A stretch of DNA of 64,000 nt from the human T2T-CHM13v2.0 reference genome, Homo sapiens, in contig CP068257.2 in the NCBI GenBank assembly GCA_009914755.4, positions 30,432,001 to 30,496,000 on the forward strand, given 5' to 3'. Made by a program: the position numbers and the translations under genes. The notes under the pieces are model-generated. The model saw only the letters and a list, made by a program, of their open reading frames with translations, was not told the origin of the DNA and searched no databases. This document shows, one piece after another, positions 14,973 to 30,704 of the stretch; positions within the stretch are counted from its first letter, which is position 1; each line of letters opens with the position of its first letter.

Positions 14973-16024
14973 CACTGCCCGCAGCGCCTCATTATTCCCA
15001 GATAGATAGCATCAGGGGGAGGGAGCCGGCTGCTCTATTTTTCTTTTAATTAAATAATTAATTTGGACTCTGCCTTGTTCTAGAAATTATTAAAACCAGG
15101 CAGCCAAAAATTTCCAGTAACATCTTTTCTTCATTACCAAAGCAATTCACTTTCAATGTAGAAAATTTTAAAAATACAGATAATTTTTTTAAAAAAACCA
15201 ACCCACTCATCATCTCCTCAAGTCTCCTGCACAGCGAAATACTGGATGCTTCTGCTGTTTATTCTTCTGGGCTTCTTTCCCGATCCTCAATATACTTTAA
15301 GATATTTACTTAAAAAACATGGGATCTTACCTGGTTATTGTTTTCCAACTTTATGCTCTACCTAATTGAGTGGTAAATATCTTACAGTATCAATCAACAT
15401 AACCATACATGCAAATTTGCAATTACAATTTTTAGTAGCGCCTAGTATTTTGTTCTAGGACCGTGTCATACATTAATCATTTGTTTTTCATGTATTGGAT
15501 TTTTCTAACTTTTCACTACTGAAAGTATTAACATTAGACTGAACATCCTTAAACAGAGTGTCAGCAGACTTGAAGATAACAGTGAAAATATCATGGTTTC
15601 TTAGTCACTTCATTCCCTTGTCTCATTCAGATGAAAAAAGAAAAACAATAGTAAACCATAAAGAAAGGTCAACAAAATTCTGGTTTGTCTGTGATGCCTA
15701 CTCCAATCTGTTTTTGAAATGTTGAAAATATAATTCTTTTAAAAAATTGATTCTTTCGTTTCGCAGATATCTAAACATCCTTATCTCTTTGTGCTTTTAA
15801 CAAACAAAAGGACATTGCTGGGTCAAAGGACATGCATATTAGTATGACTTCGGAGACATAGTGCCAACCTGTTTTCCAGAAATGACCTATCAGTTTATAT
15901 TTCTTGGGGGTGAACTGTCTTCTCCACACTCTCTTTGTCAACCCGTTAGGCAAAAAGTGTCTCCTCTTTGTTTCGTGTGCATTCTATTCATTCATGAGTT
16001 TGAATACTTTTTTTCATCCATTAA

Positions 16025-16380
<356 letters not shown>

Positions 16381-18354
16381 TCCCATTTATTTTTTTACAG
16401 GGCTGTCTTTCTCTTGTTGTCTGTCAGAATTCTCTGTATTTTAAGGATATTAAACCCTGTTTTTGAAATTTGTCACAGCTATTTTCCCAGATGTAATTTA
16501 CCTTTTGTGTTTTTATTCATGTTTTTTAAAAATTTATGGGTAAAATATTTTTTATAATCCTATTTCCCAATATGTTACTTTATTGATTTTTCCTTTGGTG
16601 TTATGCTTTAAAAGTTTTTCTTACTACAAGTTTACATAAAATTTTACTTCTTTTTCCTCTCAGTACTCTTATGTTTTTAAAAATATGTAAATCATATGCA
16701 AATTATTACCACATGTTATGAGGAGGGAATCTCACTTTTTTTTCCAGATAGCTAATTATTCCAAATCCATTTATCAAATGGTTCATTCTTCCTCACTTAA
16801 TTGGAACAGCATCTTTAGCTCATCCTCATTACTTATACACGATCAGGGATGTAGCTGTGCTTTTTATACCTATCTATTGTTTCTAAGATAGTATCATTTT
16901 ATTTATATTTTCTTTTAAAATATGTTTTAATATCTGGAAAAACAAATACCCATCTTTATTTTTTTCTTTTTAAAAAACTAACCAGTTTCACACATTCTGC
17001 CAAATTAACTTTAAAATCATTATCAAGTTCCAGAAATGATTTTATTGGGATAGAGACTGTAATTGTAATGAATATATATAGTTAGTTTGGGTTGAATAAA
17101 CATATTTACAATGTTAAACTTTCCCAAACGCTGTTGTGTCTACTTTATGAAGTAGATTTTTAAGAAATTTAAAAATTATTATTCAATAAAGTTTTTAGAT
17201 CTCTGCTTCTAGATTCTGTAGACTTTTTTTTAACCCCTCAATACCTTATATTTTTGTGAGCAGAATCTTTTCTTTCTGTTTTCTTAACAGTCACACAAAT
17301 AATTGCTAGTCTCTTGTATTTCTCCTCCATGAGGACAGGGACTCGGGTCTATAGGCCATTTAAGATCATCTTTTTCCCCATTAATGTCAAAACTAAGAGT
17401 TCTGATAGAAGGTTTTTTATAGACTCAAATTTGTCTGAAGCTTCTGGGGATTTGGAGAACACCCTCTCGGAATCTCTCAGTACCCCTAGATGTGACAGCA
17501 AAACACAGCTGTCCTGAGCATCCTTCACTCGTTTCCCGGTGCCGACAGTTGGCACTCACTTCTCTTTGGTTTTTCCTTAAAGGAAGACCCAGACACCCCG
17601 GCCCCACTCTAGGATGTTCAGACTGAAAGCTCCCAGATGGTCTGTTTTACACTTCTGAGCATGTATCATGGCTACCGAGGATTTTGTGACAATGGTCACA
17701 AAATTAGGACTCCATAAAATAAATACCTGATTGGGACCACCAGGAAACCAAACTCATCTGGCGGTTCTCAACCCTGACTGAATTAAAAAAAAAAAAAAGA
17801 ATCATCTTTGGAAATTTTAAATACTACCAATGCCTTGGAGATGCTGTCAATCTGTCTGGGATTGGGCATCAGTACATTTCAACCCCTGGTCCCCTCCACT
17901 CCCTTGGAATTTGATTCTGATGTGCAGCCAGGGCTAAGACCCACTTCTTTAAATGGTGCCCAACGGATTCATCAAATGCTTATTTATATGCAACAGAAAC
18001 AAATTATAGATGATTTAAGCAATAAAGGGGTTTATTTAAATGATATTTAAATAGATATCTTTGGCCTTTGGGAGAGCCGAAGAACCAGCCTTGATGTCTA
18101 CATTCCAGTACCAGTTCCGCACATCACACCATAGAACTGACACAGCGATGACACACTGCCTGCTGCTGGGCTTACACACCCAGAGACACAACTGGGTTTT
18201 GGGAGCCATTCTAACGGAAAAATAAAAATCATAAACAGAAAATTAGGCACCAAAGTAAATATTCATCATGAGAAAAAAACCCCAATTTAATATCATTAAA
18301 GTTAAATATTTACACCTTATCTAAACCAAATTACCTCCCAAATGCCCCATATAA

Positions 18355-19060
<706 letters not shown>

Positions 19061-21668
19061 CTATGTAAGAATATGGTTATAAAATGTAATTTTATAATAT
19101 TTTCTGTAGAAAGAATAGATAATTTGGTCTTTCTTTTAGCATGGTTTATCCAAATTTCTTTTTTAAGTAATCTTTTTAATATAGAATAGTTTTATACTTA
19201 CAAAAAGTTGTGAAGATAGTACAAAGAGTTCTTTCATATTTCTTACCCAGTTTCCTCTGTTGTATATTTGTTACAATGAATGAACCAATATTGATAAATT
19301 ATTATTAACTAAATTCCATATTTTATTTACATTTCCTTAGATGTTTTCTCATCTCTTTTTCTGTCCCAGGATCTCATTCAAGATAACATACTACATTTAA
19401 TCATCCTATCTCCTTAGCCTCCTCCAGACTGTGCCAGTTTCTCAGACTTTCTATGTTTTTGATGACCTTGACCGTTTTGAGGAGTGCTGGTCAGGTATTT
19501 TGTAGAACGTCCCTCCATTTGGGTTTGTCTGACATTTTTCTCTTGGTTAGACTGGGGTTATGGGCCTTTGGGAGGAAGGCCACAGAGGCAAAATGCCATT
19601 TTCATCCCATCATATTATATGCTGTCACTGATAATGTCAATCTTGATCATCTGTCCGAGATCCAAATTTGTTTTACATTAATTATGATTTAGAAAAGTCT
19701 CCTTTAACTTCATACCCACTATGGGCATTGTCATGTAAAGTTATAGGATTGTTGTTAAATTTGGAACAGCTTCTATCAAGTTTCATCTGCAATCTGAGCA
19801 TCTAGAAGGGTTTTCCACAGACTAGCTTCTAGCGGCATGCATTTTGGATCTTGTTTCCCCTCCACTCCCCACGTAATTCCACAGCCTGGTACTCAGGACA
19901 TATTTATATTGCAACTCAATTTCTGTCCCAGAACCTTCATATCATGAAGTTTGTTAATTTGGCACAGTGGACAGTAGAAATTTCCTGGCAGCCATTCTGA
20001 CCCCGGGGAGGCCAGCAGACTGTAGAAGTAATTAGGAACCACAGAAAAATGATGCCACACTGAACTCAAATGAAATGTATCCTAATGCATCTTCCCCTTA
20101 GTTTGTCCCCAAAAATGCCACAGCCACTCCAACACCACATGGCATGAAAGGAAGTGTGACAAATGGTACATTGGAGTGGATGGAGACAATGATCAGCCTT
20201 AACAAATTACAGTTCAAATATCTCGCTTTTGCAGCTTTTATAAAAAAACATGTGAACACATTTCTGGAACACCCTCCTAGGCCTTGGAAGAGGCTTGTTA
20301 TAGTAAGGCACCTCCAAATTTAAGTCATTAGATTAACCATTAATCTGGCTCTGCAAATGCCTTAGTGTATGCTGCAGACCCCCCCGACCCTGAACCCAAG
20401 ATGCTGCAGCTTGAAACACTAGCGCTGCTGTCTCTGGAAATCAGATATGGCTGCTGCTGCCCTAGAGAAGATTCTTCACTATGTCTGCTTCGGTTTGTCA
20501 CCACCTTTCAATTCAAAGTCTGGGGAGGGTGTTTGGCATTGGTTGAGCCTAAATCTTATGCCTTCGCCCTAGCTGCGGGGGGAGGCTGGGAATGTATCTG
20601 TTAATTTGAGCTTATAGAGTGAAGACAAGTTCTGCCTTCTAGTGTGGCAGCCCTCAAATCAAAGCAGAAAGTTTATTGTTTGTAGTTGCATTAAAAAAAA
20701 GCATGAAATGATATAAAAGGAACTGATGAAAGTAGTTACCTGTGGGGGAGGGTAGTGGGAGGAGATTAGGAGCCAGACTTCTTAATGTGAGCATTTTCCT
20801 ATCATTTTGAGTTTTAAAACGTGTGCATATATTATCTAGTCAAAAATTAAAAATTTTAAGGGTGATATAATCATATTAACAAATGTCACAAATCTAAGTA
20901 ACTTCTCTCTTAAATAAACATTCTGAGCAAGGATTAAAAACATTATACTACTAAGTGCACTGCTACACTTCCATCTGTGTTATTTAATGCCACCAAATCC
21001 ATCAGGCCAATTTGCTTTCCTCTCTTCTCTGCCTATTTTGGCATCCTCCCAAATGGCTCATTTTCACAACATCCCCATGAATTGGCAGTGATTAGCCTTA
21101 CTGGTAGGGGGAGAAATGGTATGGATTTCCCATACAATGCAAAATACCGTGACTCACTTTCTTGTCGGGAGATTTCAGAACAGTTCCTCACACACAAAGG
21201 AGGCTTTTCAGAACCAAACACTGCATTAGGTGCTGAGCTAAAGTGAAGCCAGTGAAGATTTGCTCATTGTCCAGAGATGAATCCTTAGGGTTTGTGAAGT
21301 TCTGGGGAAGGAGGCAGGGGAGATCACCATCCAAGGAGTGGAGTGGAAGATTTCATAAAGTGCTTCTGGAGCAATCCTAGTCTATCAGAAAGACCAAGGA
21401 GTCCTCTCTGAGAAAAGAAAGCCCTTGATCGGGAAGATAAAGAAAGGACCCAGCTAGAAGTGATGTTCAAAATATTTAACCACTTTTATGGGATGGACCT
21501 GACCAATCAGAACCTGACAGGTTTCAAAGCTTCAGAGAAGTCTAGAATCCCTGGTGACCAAGAGAAAGTGATCAGGAATAGCGCCGAGAAAGCTGGAAAC
21601 ACACCTGATACGAAAGTCATGGTTGGAGTCTGTTCTGGTTAGGAGGTAGAGAGACAACTGCATCCTAA

Positions 21669-22098
<430 letters not shown>

Positions 22099-22952
22099 TG
22101 AAGTCTTTCTAGAAGGATTCTCCATCTTATTTTTGTCCTAGAGATACTCAATACTCAGTAATCTCATCCTGATCCAATATGGCCTACCCTGAGGAATGGA
22201 GGAAGAGCTTGGTTCTGGATTGGACTCTTCTGGCAAGGCAGGCATGACAGCAGACCTTGCTATTCACGAGTTTACGAATAATCTTGAGGAACCTTGAGCT
22301 CACCTGTGGTCACTCCTTCTTCCCACCCCAAGGAGAAGAGAAGCTTGTCTTCTTGGATGCAGTTGGGAGCCTACAGCCTACTCCCACACCCAGGCCTCTG
22401 TGGCTGTCCAAAGTCCACGTGTCCCCAAGACCATCCTCACTTGGGGAGGACGTCGGCATATTATGGGTTCAGTCATTCTAGGTATAACTATCTTCTGTAT
22501 GACCAGGTCAAGCTATATATAGCTTAGAAATTTTCAGGTGCTCGATTAGTAATCACAACCAATGTGATTCAAGCATCTATCTGCTTGGATTTTTTAAAAA
22601 AGTGTTTTCAGTCTTCCCAGTCCTGGATATTTTAAGCAGAAGGACCCATCCAAGCATCATAGGATAAGCACCCAAATCAGAACAAGCTCCTGGTATCTCA
22701 GGCCTAGGTGAAGCTCCTTTCTCATTACTGCCCATCTTCCCTGACCAGACTGAGCCTTTATCCCCTGTAATGATCCTGAGATTGCCCCTTGGATACAAGG
22801 ACAGTTTCATTTTGGTCTGATATTCTGCCACAGATTTGATCCTCTGATCTGCCCTGGGAATAGATCTCCCTGATCAAGAAGGACTCCTGTGCAGTAAATA
22901 ATTCACCTTGTCCAAAAGAGGTTTGACTTTTGCCCTCAGCACATGAGAGGTA

Positions 22953-23217
22953 ACTTCTAAGCCCTTGAAATGTTTCTGAGGCAGGAGAATGTTGTGAACC
23001 CAGGAGACGGAGCTTGCAGTGAGCTGAGATCACGCCACTGCACTTCAGCCTATACGGTAGAGTGAGACTCCGTCTCAAAAAAAAAAAAAAAAAAAGAGAA
23101 TGCCTTTGTTTATATGGGGGGCTTGGGATAGCCCAAAGGGTCTATGTTATCAATGTGATTTATGGTGGGGACTTTGAACCACACAGTATCAACCTGACCT
23201 CTGGAAGTGCTGGTGAC
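22953..23217 (+). repeat. Copy 1 of a ~265 bp low-copy direct duplication; contains a truncated Alu 3' end at 22978..23096
   Basis: 'acttctaagcccttgaaatgtttctgaggcaggagaatgttgtgaacccaggagacggagcttgcagtgagctgagatcacgccactgcacttcagcctatacggtagagtgagactccgtctc(A)n gagaatgcctttgtttatatggggggcttgggatagcccaaagggtctatgttatcaatgtgatttatggtggggactttgaaccacacagtatcaacctgacctctggaagtgctggtgac'. Confidence 0.9.
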
Positions 23218-24253
23218 CAAGGTCAGCCCAGCAGATGGTCAATCATGTCTACGTGAACAAGTCCCAATAAAAACTGTGCACACCAAGACTCTGGTGAGTT
23301 TTTCCTGGTTAATAATACTCTGTGCATGATGTCAAATGTTGTGTCTGAGAGGTGCTCTCTGCACGACTCATGTTTAATGACTTCTAAAATCTGACCTATA
23401 TGCCTCTTCCCTTGGAGGATTTTAATCTGTATCCTTTCATGGTAATAAAGCATAACCATGAATATAATGACTTTTCTGAGTTCTGTGCATCTTGCTAGCA
23501 AATTATTGAATCTGAGATGGTCCTGGGGATCTTCAATTTGTTGTTGGTGTCAGAAGTGAGGAGGATCTTGTAGACACCCGAACTTTGCAACCTTCAAAGT
23601 AGAATCCCAGCATCAACTCACCTGGCCAGAACTCCCATGAAAAGCGATTAGCAATCTTCATCCTAGAACCTGGGGACATTCTGTTTTTCCTTCTTTTCTG
23701 GTCAATCGGTCTCTTCTCAGCCACTGCACTCTTAGAACAGTCTGACCTCCTAGTTTCCCTTTGGAGCCTTTCCTACCTCATCCCCAAACCAGGTTAAACC
23801 CTCCCACCTGCTGTTTATCCTCTTCTAGAGATATCTCCCTTTTCTGCATCATTACCTTCTCTTATCAGGCACATACCCCAGGTTCATACCTGCCCAAATG
23901 AGGTCCTCCTTCTGTCAGTCAATTCCTGAATTATCAAAGCTCACCACATCTTCTGAGCTGGCATTTCCATATGATATCAGTCTGCTGAAAATAAATTCCA
24001 ATATACAGACACAAGGAGATCCAGTTAAAAGAGCCCAGGAAATTCTCTATTTATTACAGAATGACAAGTAGAGGTCTTGACGTAAACGCAGAAAAGCAGG
24101 AGGCCCCGGAATCTCACAGAAAGAAATAACATGAGAACTGGGAAGGACAGTTCTGAAGCTTTCATAAGACAAATCCATCAAACACAAGAGAGAAAATTAG
24201 ATTTCCTATTCTGCTTTTTCAATAGTGATCCAATTAATACTTGAATACTTGAA

Positions 24254-24516
24254 TACTTCTAAGCCCTTGAAATGTTTCTGAGGCAGGAGAATGGTGTGAA
24301 CCCAGGAGGCGGAGCTTGCAGTGAGCTGAGATCACGCCACTGCACTTCAGCCTATACAGTAGAGCGAGACTCCGTCTCAAAAAAAAAAAAAAAAAAGAAT
24401 GCCTTTGTTTACATGGGGGGCTTGGGATAGCCCAAAGGGTCTATGTTATCAATGTGATTTATGGTGGGGACTTTGAACCACACAGTATCAACCTGACCTC
24501 TGGAAGTGCTGGTGAC
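24254..24516 (+). repeat. Copy 2 of the ~265 bp direct duplication; truncated Alu 3' end at 24279..24397
   Basis: Near-identical to 22953..23217. Differences visible by eye: gttgtg/ggtgtg, gacgg/ggcgg, tacggtagagtgag/tacagtagagcgag, tttatatgg/tttacatgg, poly-A length. The flanks outside the unit are unrelated. Confidence 0.9.
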
Positions 24517-26968
24517 TGGGGCAATAAAAACACAGTAATTTGGATCAATTGGTAAAGAGCTCAATATGAGTTAATGAAAGTTAGAATTGCAGAATATAGT
24601 GGAAGAAACACAATAAAATTACTTCCAAATATTTACATAGATTTTTAAAAAACAAGCAACCAAGTAGAAGTCTTATGGGTCGATTATAGTAAGTAGACAA
24701 TTTTCATGTGCCAGTTCACATTATTTTAATCCAATCAGTGCTACTCAAGTGCTTTAATAATGTGAAAAATAGTTTCCATTCTTAATCAGATCAAATATTT
24801 TCCTTCCAAGGCATCTGAGATTGTGTTTAGTAAATTTGTATAAATAGTAATTCTCATCTCTCATGAAGGCAAATTTGAGGGAGGAGGTGGGATGGGAGGA
24901 AGGCCTAAGTTAATAAGGAATTACTTGATTAGAATGAGTTGGCATATTACAGATCTATAAAATCGAGAGGGCTTGTTTTTCATGGATAAAAGTAGATTCA
25001 TACTAACAAATGTGTGGTCCAAGAAAGTACTATTAATACTTCATTTCGTTTATTTATGTATTCATTCACACATTGATTTGTTCAGCAAACATTTCTTTAA
25101 GACTTATTTCAGGCCCCATATTTGGTTTTGGTGATCAAAGATATGCAAAACACTATTTCTGCCCTCAAGGTATTTGCAGTCCACTAGGACTCTTCAAATG
25201 ACCACAATTCCATGTGGCAAATAGCTCCTGGTGGGTTCTCAGAGAGCACGGAGTGAAGGACACTCCCCTTCTTCCTGAGTGTAGAGTTCAATATTTCCCA
25301 GCCTCCTCTGAGGTTACATGTGGCCACATGACTCACTTCTCCCAGTGGCATGTAGACAGAAGTCATGTCTACCTCTGCTGGGTCTAGGCTTAGGAGATGG
25401 GCATACCTCCTGCCTCTTTTCCCCTTGTAACTGGGGCAGAATATAGTCCAACATTGACCATAGATGAGGACAATGCCATTGGGTCTAGAGGATGATGCAG
25501 CAAAGACTTGACAACCTGGAAGAAATTGAGTCCCTGCCCACAAGCCTGGCACTCTTGAATGGGCAGATGGAACAGAACTGCCCACGAACCTGGCCCACTC
25601 ACTTTAGAACTGTTACTTGAGGGGGAGGAGAAACAGCTATAATTTTAAAACCACTTTATGATGGGGTCTTTTTATTCATTTTTATTATGAAAATGTTCAC
25701 ACATATAGAAAAGCTAAAAAAAATTGTACAATAGACATTTATATATCCACAGCTTAAATTATACCATTAAAATTTTACTGCACTTTCCTTTTTAAAATTA
25801 TAGACCTACCTATTTTTCCACCCATCTATTCACTCATCAGTCCTTCTTAATTTTTGAACAAAATTCAAAGTATATTGCAGACCTCTCTACATTTCAACCT
25901 AAATACTTTGGCATGCAAATTATTAACTAGACTTTTTCTTCTGATGAAAAAACTTACATACAATGAAATGCATAAATCTTAAGTGTGTAGTTGTTAAGCT
26001 TTGACAAATATTACACCCACATAACCCAAACCACTATCAAGATCAAGATCATTCAATTTCCCCAGAATTTCTATTAGGGTATTTCTGTTACAGCAGCTTA
26101 GCTTTACCTTAAATCATATACAGAGTCATAATATTAATAATAGTTAGAAGAGCTGAACATCTTTTATGTGTCAGGGATTATATAATGCATATTTTATTTT
26201 TCACAATAAAGTCATGGTGTAGGTATGATTAGCTCTGTCATATTGATAAGAAAAATTAGGTTTAAGAAATTGCCCATGTTCACTCAGCTAGTAAGTGGCA
26301 GAGATGAGCTCTGCATCTAGATCCCACTGATTATAACACCTGGCATCTTTCCACTACTCTCTTTGACTGACTCTGCCTGAGGGCTTCAGGGGGAGCTTAG
26401 CTGCACAAAGGAAGAATATTTAAGCTACATCTTGAGCCTCAACCCTGGAAGATTGAGCTGAATCCACTTATCAGAAGGACAAAGCAGGGAAGGGCTTTCC
26501 ATGCAGAAGAAACATCACATCCAAAGCAAAGAAGGATGAGAGTGTAGCATTTGAACAATTGCTGATGTCTCCATCTGCTCAGAGCTTAGAGTAATAATGT
26601 AGGGGAAGCAGAAGATGAGAGTTAAAAACTGACCAAGATACTAATGCTTTGCTAAGTGGATTGGATTTGATCCTACAGGCAGTGAAGAGCCATCAAAAGG
26701 ATTTAAGCAGGGAAGTGACGTAATTAGATTTGCAATTTACAATGCAACTTAGAATGCTGTTGATGCAGAAAAATGGTATCAGAAAGAGACAGGGGCTAAG
26801 GAAACCAATGATGAAACAGGTGAAGTAGTCCTTCGGCTTGAGGATCCAAATAGAGCAGTTACTATGGAGACCATGAGCACAAGCTGGAAGACAGGTCAGC
26901 TGGTGATTCCCACTTTCAGGACAAGCTTCCATTTTTTCTGTATGTGCTCTAGTTAAGAAATCTTTAAA

Positions 26969-27322
<354 letters not shown>

Positions 27323-28216
27323 TCACTCCCTTCTATAGTAATAAAAGTTTCAGCTTGATCAATCCAGTCAAAAACTAAGTTATCCAGCCTCTCTTGGGGC
27401 TAAATATGACTAATTGTATGGCCAGGTTCAAGCCCACTGGGATGTGAGGAAAACAGTGTGTGCAATTTCTAGGGTGTTCCTATAAAAGGAAAGGGGCATA
27501 CACTGCATTCCTTCCTCTTCCCTCTCTCCTGGGCTGGGATGTGGAGGTGGTGGAGAGTCACCTTTGATCATTTGTTCAAGAAGAAGCCTGTACAGATGGT
27601 AAGGCAACAAGATGATAAGAGCCTGGGTCCACACAGAGTTCACCTGCGACCCTGGGCCTCCTGCCAGGACTTTTTCAAAGGGAAGAAACCTTTATCTCAT
27701 TTAAGCCATTGTATTATGGAAAAATTTTGTTACAGAAGTCCAACGTGTAGCAATAAAATTCTTCAGAGTAGTAAAGGAGATGGAATCTCTCATGCAGGTT
27801 CTGACCTGGATGGCTCCCTAAGTGTAAGACATGGTGGGAGACTTTGTGGCAAGAATAGCTGTCCTGGGACTTAGAAAGATCGGGATTTGTACACCAGCAT
27901 GCCACTGGCTAAATGGCCTCGAGCGTATTAGTTTACCTCTCTGGACCTGTGAGTTTTTTCTTGTTGCTGTTTCTTTGTTTCCTTCTATAGGATGGGGAAA
28001 ATGGTAGTGCTATTACAAAAAGTCGAGATGGTATTTACAAAAGTCTGCACCTTAGTCCCTGGCACATGGTGGGCCTCCATAGTGGCAGCCATTGTCATTA
28101 TGAATAACTCTGGGTGAAGTTGGCAGGGGCAGCTAGCTCACCAGGGAGGGGCATCCCAGGAACTTGAGCATATAGATGCACTTCTCTCTCCAATCTGCAT
28201 CATACTTGCTCTTTGA

Positions 28217-28529
<313 letters not shown>

Positions 28530-30284
28530 TCAATGCTTTTATTTCTTTTTGCCGTCTCCATAAGAGAGTAGGATTTGTACTCCTCTCTTATGAGTCTCAC
28601 GTTTTAATTGCAGTCTTGTTCCTAGCAAGATAGGCTATCTTGGACAAGATCAATGAGGTTTGTGATCATCTGAACATTCAGGAGTTCTGCGAGACCAATA
28701 GCCCTGGTTTGGAGTTCTTCAGTTTGGAAACTGAGCTGCTTCCTCAGTCAGATTTATTGCACATGTCAAGAAGCAATTGACTCCATACCAGCTTCTTTTC
28801 ACCCTTGTAAGGGCCATGGTTCAAACTGATGGGACTGTTCTTATCAATCCCGCAACCCTGACTAATCGGGGGAAACTTCTTGACTCATAAGCTACAAGGA
28901 AGAAAAAGGGAAACAAAGTTTTCCAGGAGGCCAATGGGTGAATGTCTTTTCCTTCTGGGAAGTGTTGCTCTGTATTCCTGCTCTAGAAAAAATCACCTTG
29001 GTAAGTAAGAGTTCTTCCTCTCTTTAACTTTCTGTAAACAGACCTTAGACCAGTGAATTTCATGCTCACAGTATATCAGAGTCACCTGGAAAGCTTTTGA
29101 GAAAACTCAGATCCCTGCACCCTATTGGCCAAGAAATTGAGACTCGATTGATCTGTGGAGGGGCTCAGGAAATGGTATTTTGAGAGAAGGACTCAAGTCA
29201 GTTTTTATAGACAGTATTTTTCATAGAGTGCATGGGCTTCATCCTTGGTTGACAGTTTTTATGGTGATTGGCACTCAAACAACATTTCTGATGGACAGAA
29301 TGGGACTCCCATGCCTTGCCCTAGCATCTGGAAAGCTCAGAGCTCCTGCTCCATGAGCGCTGCTGCTGCACCTCCACCTGCACCCCCACTTCACTAATGT
29401 GGAGGGATTTCCAACCTATTTTAGAAGCAGAGGCCTATTAATGTGAAGGCCACTGAGTAGCCTTGAAGTCAGAGTTTCCATCCAGATGAACGTCTAAAAA
29501 TTTTCAACCTGAGATTATTTTCCTGACCACAAGAAGAAGGAAGACATAATTTTTATGGTTGACTTGAGAGAGGCAGACTGCCTGCCCCACCCTCTCCTCT
29601 CCTTCCAAACTGATCTTTGTTTTTGGTGTCATTTGGCTCTTGGTGGGAGGAGGGGGGAGGAAACTCTTTCCCAGGCGAGAATATAAGCACCCCATCTCTT
29701 GCAAGGAGCAAGTGCATTTTGGAAGAAGAGCCTCCTTCCCCTCCAGGGAAGACTGTGGGAATGTGAGCCCCTATCTTTTTTTTTTTTTTTTTTTTTGGTA
29801 ATTCCTGTGGTCTTTGATTTATTCTCCGATTCTAATAGACAACCAAGGACTCTGGAATTGGCTGCAAAATCAACTGTGGGAGAGGAGATGAGAGCTTTTG
29901 TGTAGAGAGGTAGAAGTGGAAGAAGCCAGAAGGAAGGGAGTTGAAGAGATTCCAAACACATGGCCACTCCAAAGCTGCAGGGCACTGTCCTAGTGTCCAC
30001 TAGCCACTCTGCAGCAAGGGCCATGGTCAGCTGACTGCTCCAGCTGCATGGGATGCGAATGGTCCATCAACTGCCCATGCCCTTGCTCAGGGCTCACACT
30101 CTTCTGTCACCTCCCTACAAGTGGGGTCTTCACTGAGCACCATTCTTGTGGCTACAAACCCCCAAGAGGGGAGGTGATGACTGACCAGGATCTCCCAGCT
30201 CCATGATGGGGTCAGCTTCTTCAAAGTCCCCAGCTCTCATTCCAAGAAAACTGTAAGATTGAAGATAGTCAGAATACCTGGTAT

Positions 30285-30704
30285 CCAGGTTCCCTAGGGC
30301 TGCCATGGCAAAGGTACCACAACCTGGGGGGCTTAGACCAACAGAAGTCTACTGCCTCCTGGTTCTGGAGGCCAGAAGGCCAAAATCAAGTTGTCAGGAG
30401 GGCCATGGACTCTCTGAAACCTGTAGGGGAAGGGTCCTTCCCTGCCTCTTCCAGCTTTTGGTAGCTCCAGACATTGGCTTGCAGCAGCCTCACCCTAATC
30501 TCTGTCTCCATGCTTACGTGGCTTTCTCCCTGCACCTCTGTGTCTTTTAAAAAGAAAAACAGTCATATTGGATGAGGAGCCCACTCTGCTCCAGGATGAT
30601 CTCACCTTAACTAATTGCATTTGCAGTGACCCAATTTCCAAATAAGGTCACATTCTAAGATATTGAGGGTTAGGGCTTCAAATACCATTTTTTGGCAGGC
30701 AGGA
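30285..30704 (+). mobile_element. MLT1-like LTR (probable), 5' portion, interrupted by a THE1 LTR insertion
   Basis: 'gggctgccatggcaaaggtaccacaacctggggggcttagaccaacagaagtctactgcctcctggttctggaggccagaaggccaaaatcaagttgtcaggagg...aaaaacagtcatattggatgaggagcccac...caaataaggtcacattctaagatattgagggttagggcttcaaataccattttttggcagg'. The expected last ~25 bp ('ggcacaatttaacccagaaca') reappear at 31059..31085, right after the THE1 LTR. Confidence 0.5.

Noticed and set aside
14163-14975. 270-aa minus-strand ORF (the longest in the window) and the overlapping 146-aa ORF 14552..14992, as candidate protein-coding genes
   Set aside because: Both begin inside the (AC)20 microsatellite ('MPCVCVCVCV...' and '...CVCVCVCV'). 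They lie in stop-poor GC-rich DNA with ORFs open in several frames on both strands and overlap an MIR fragment. Their composition is Pro/Gly/Ser/Arg/Cys-rich and not protein-like. There is no splice, Kozak or poly-A context.
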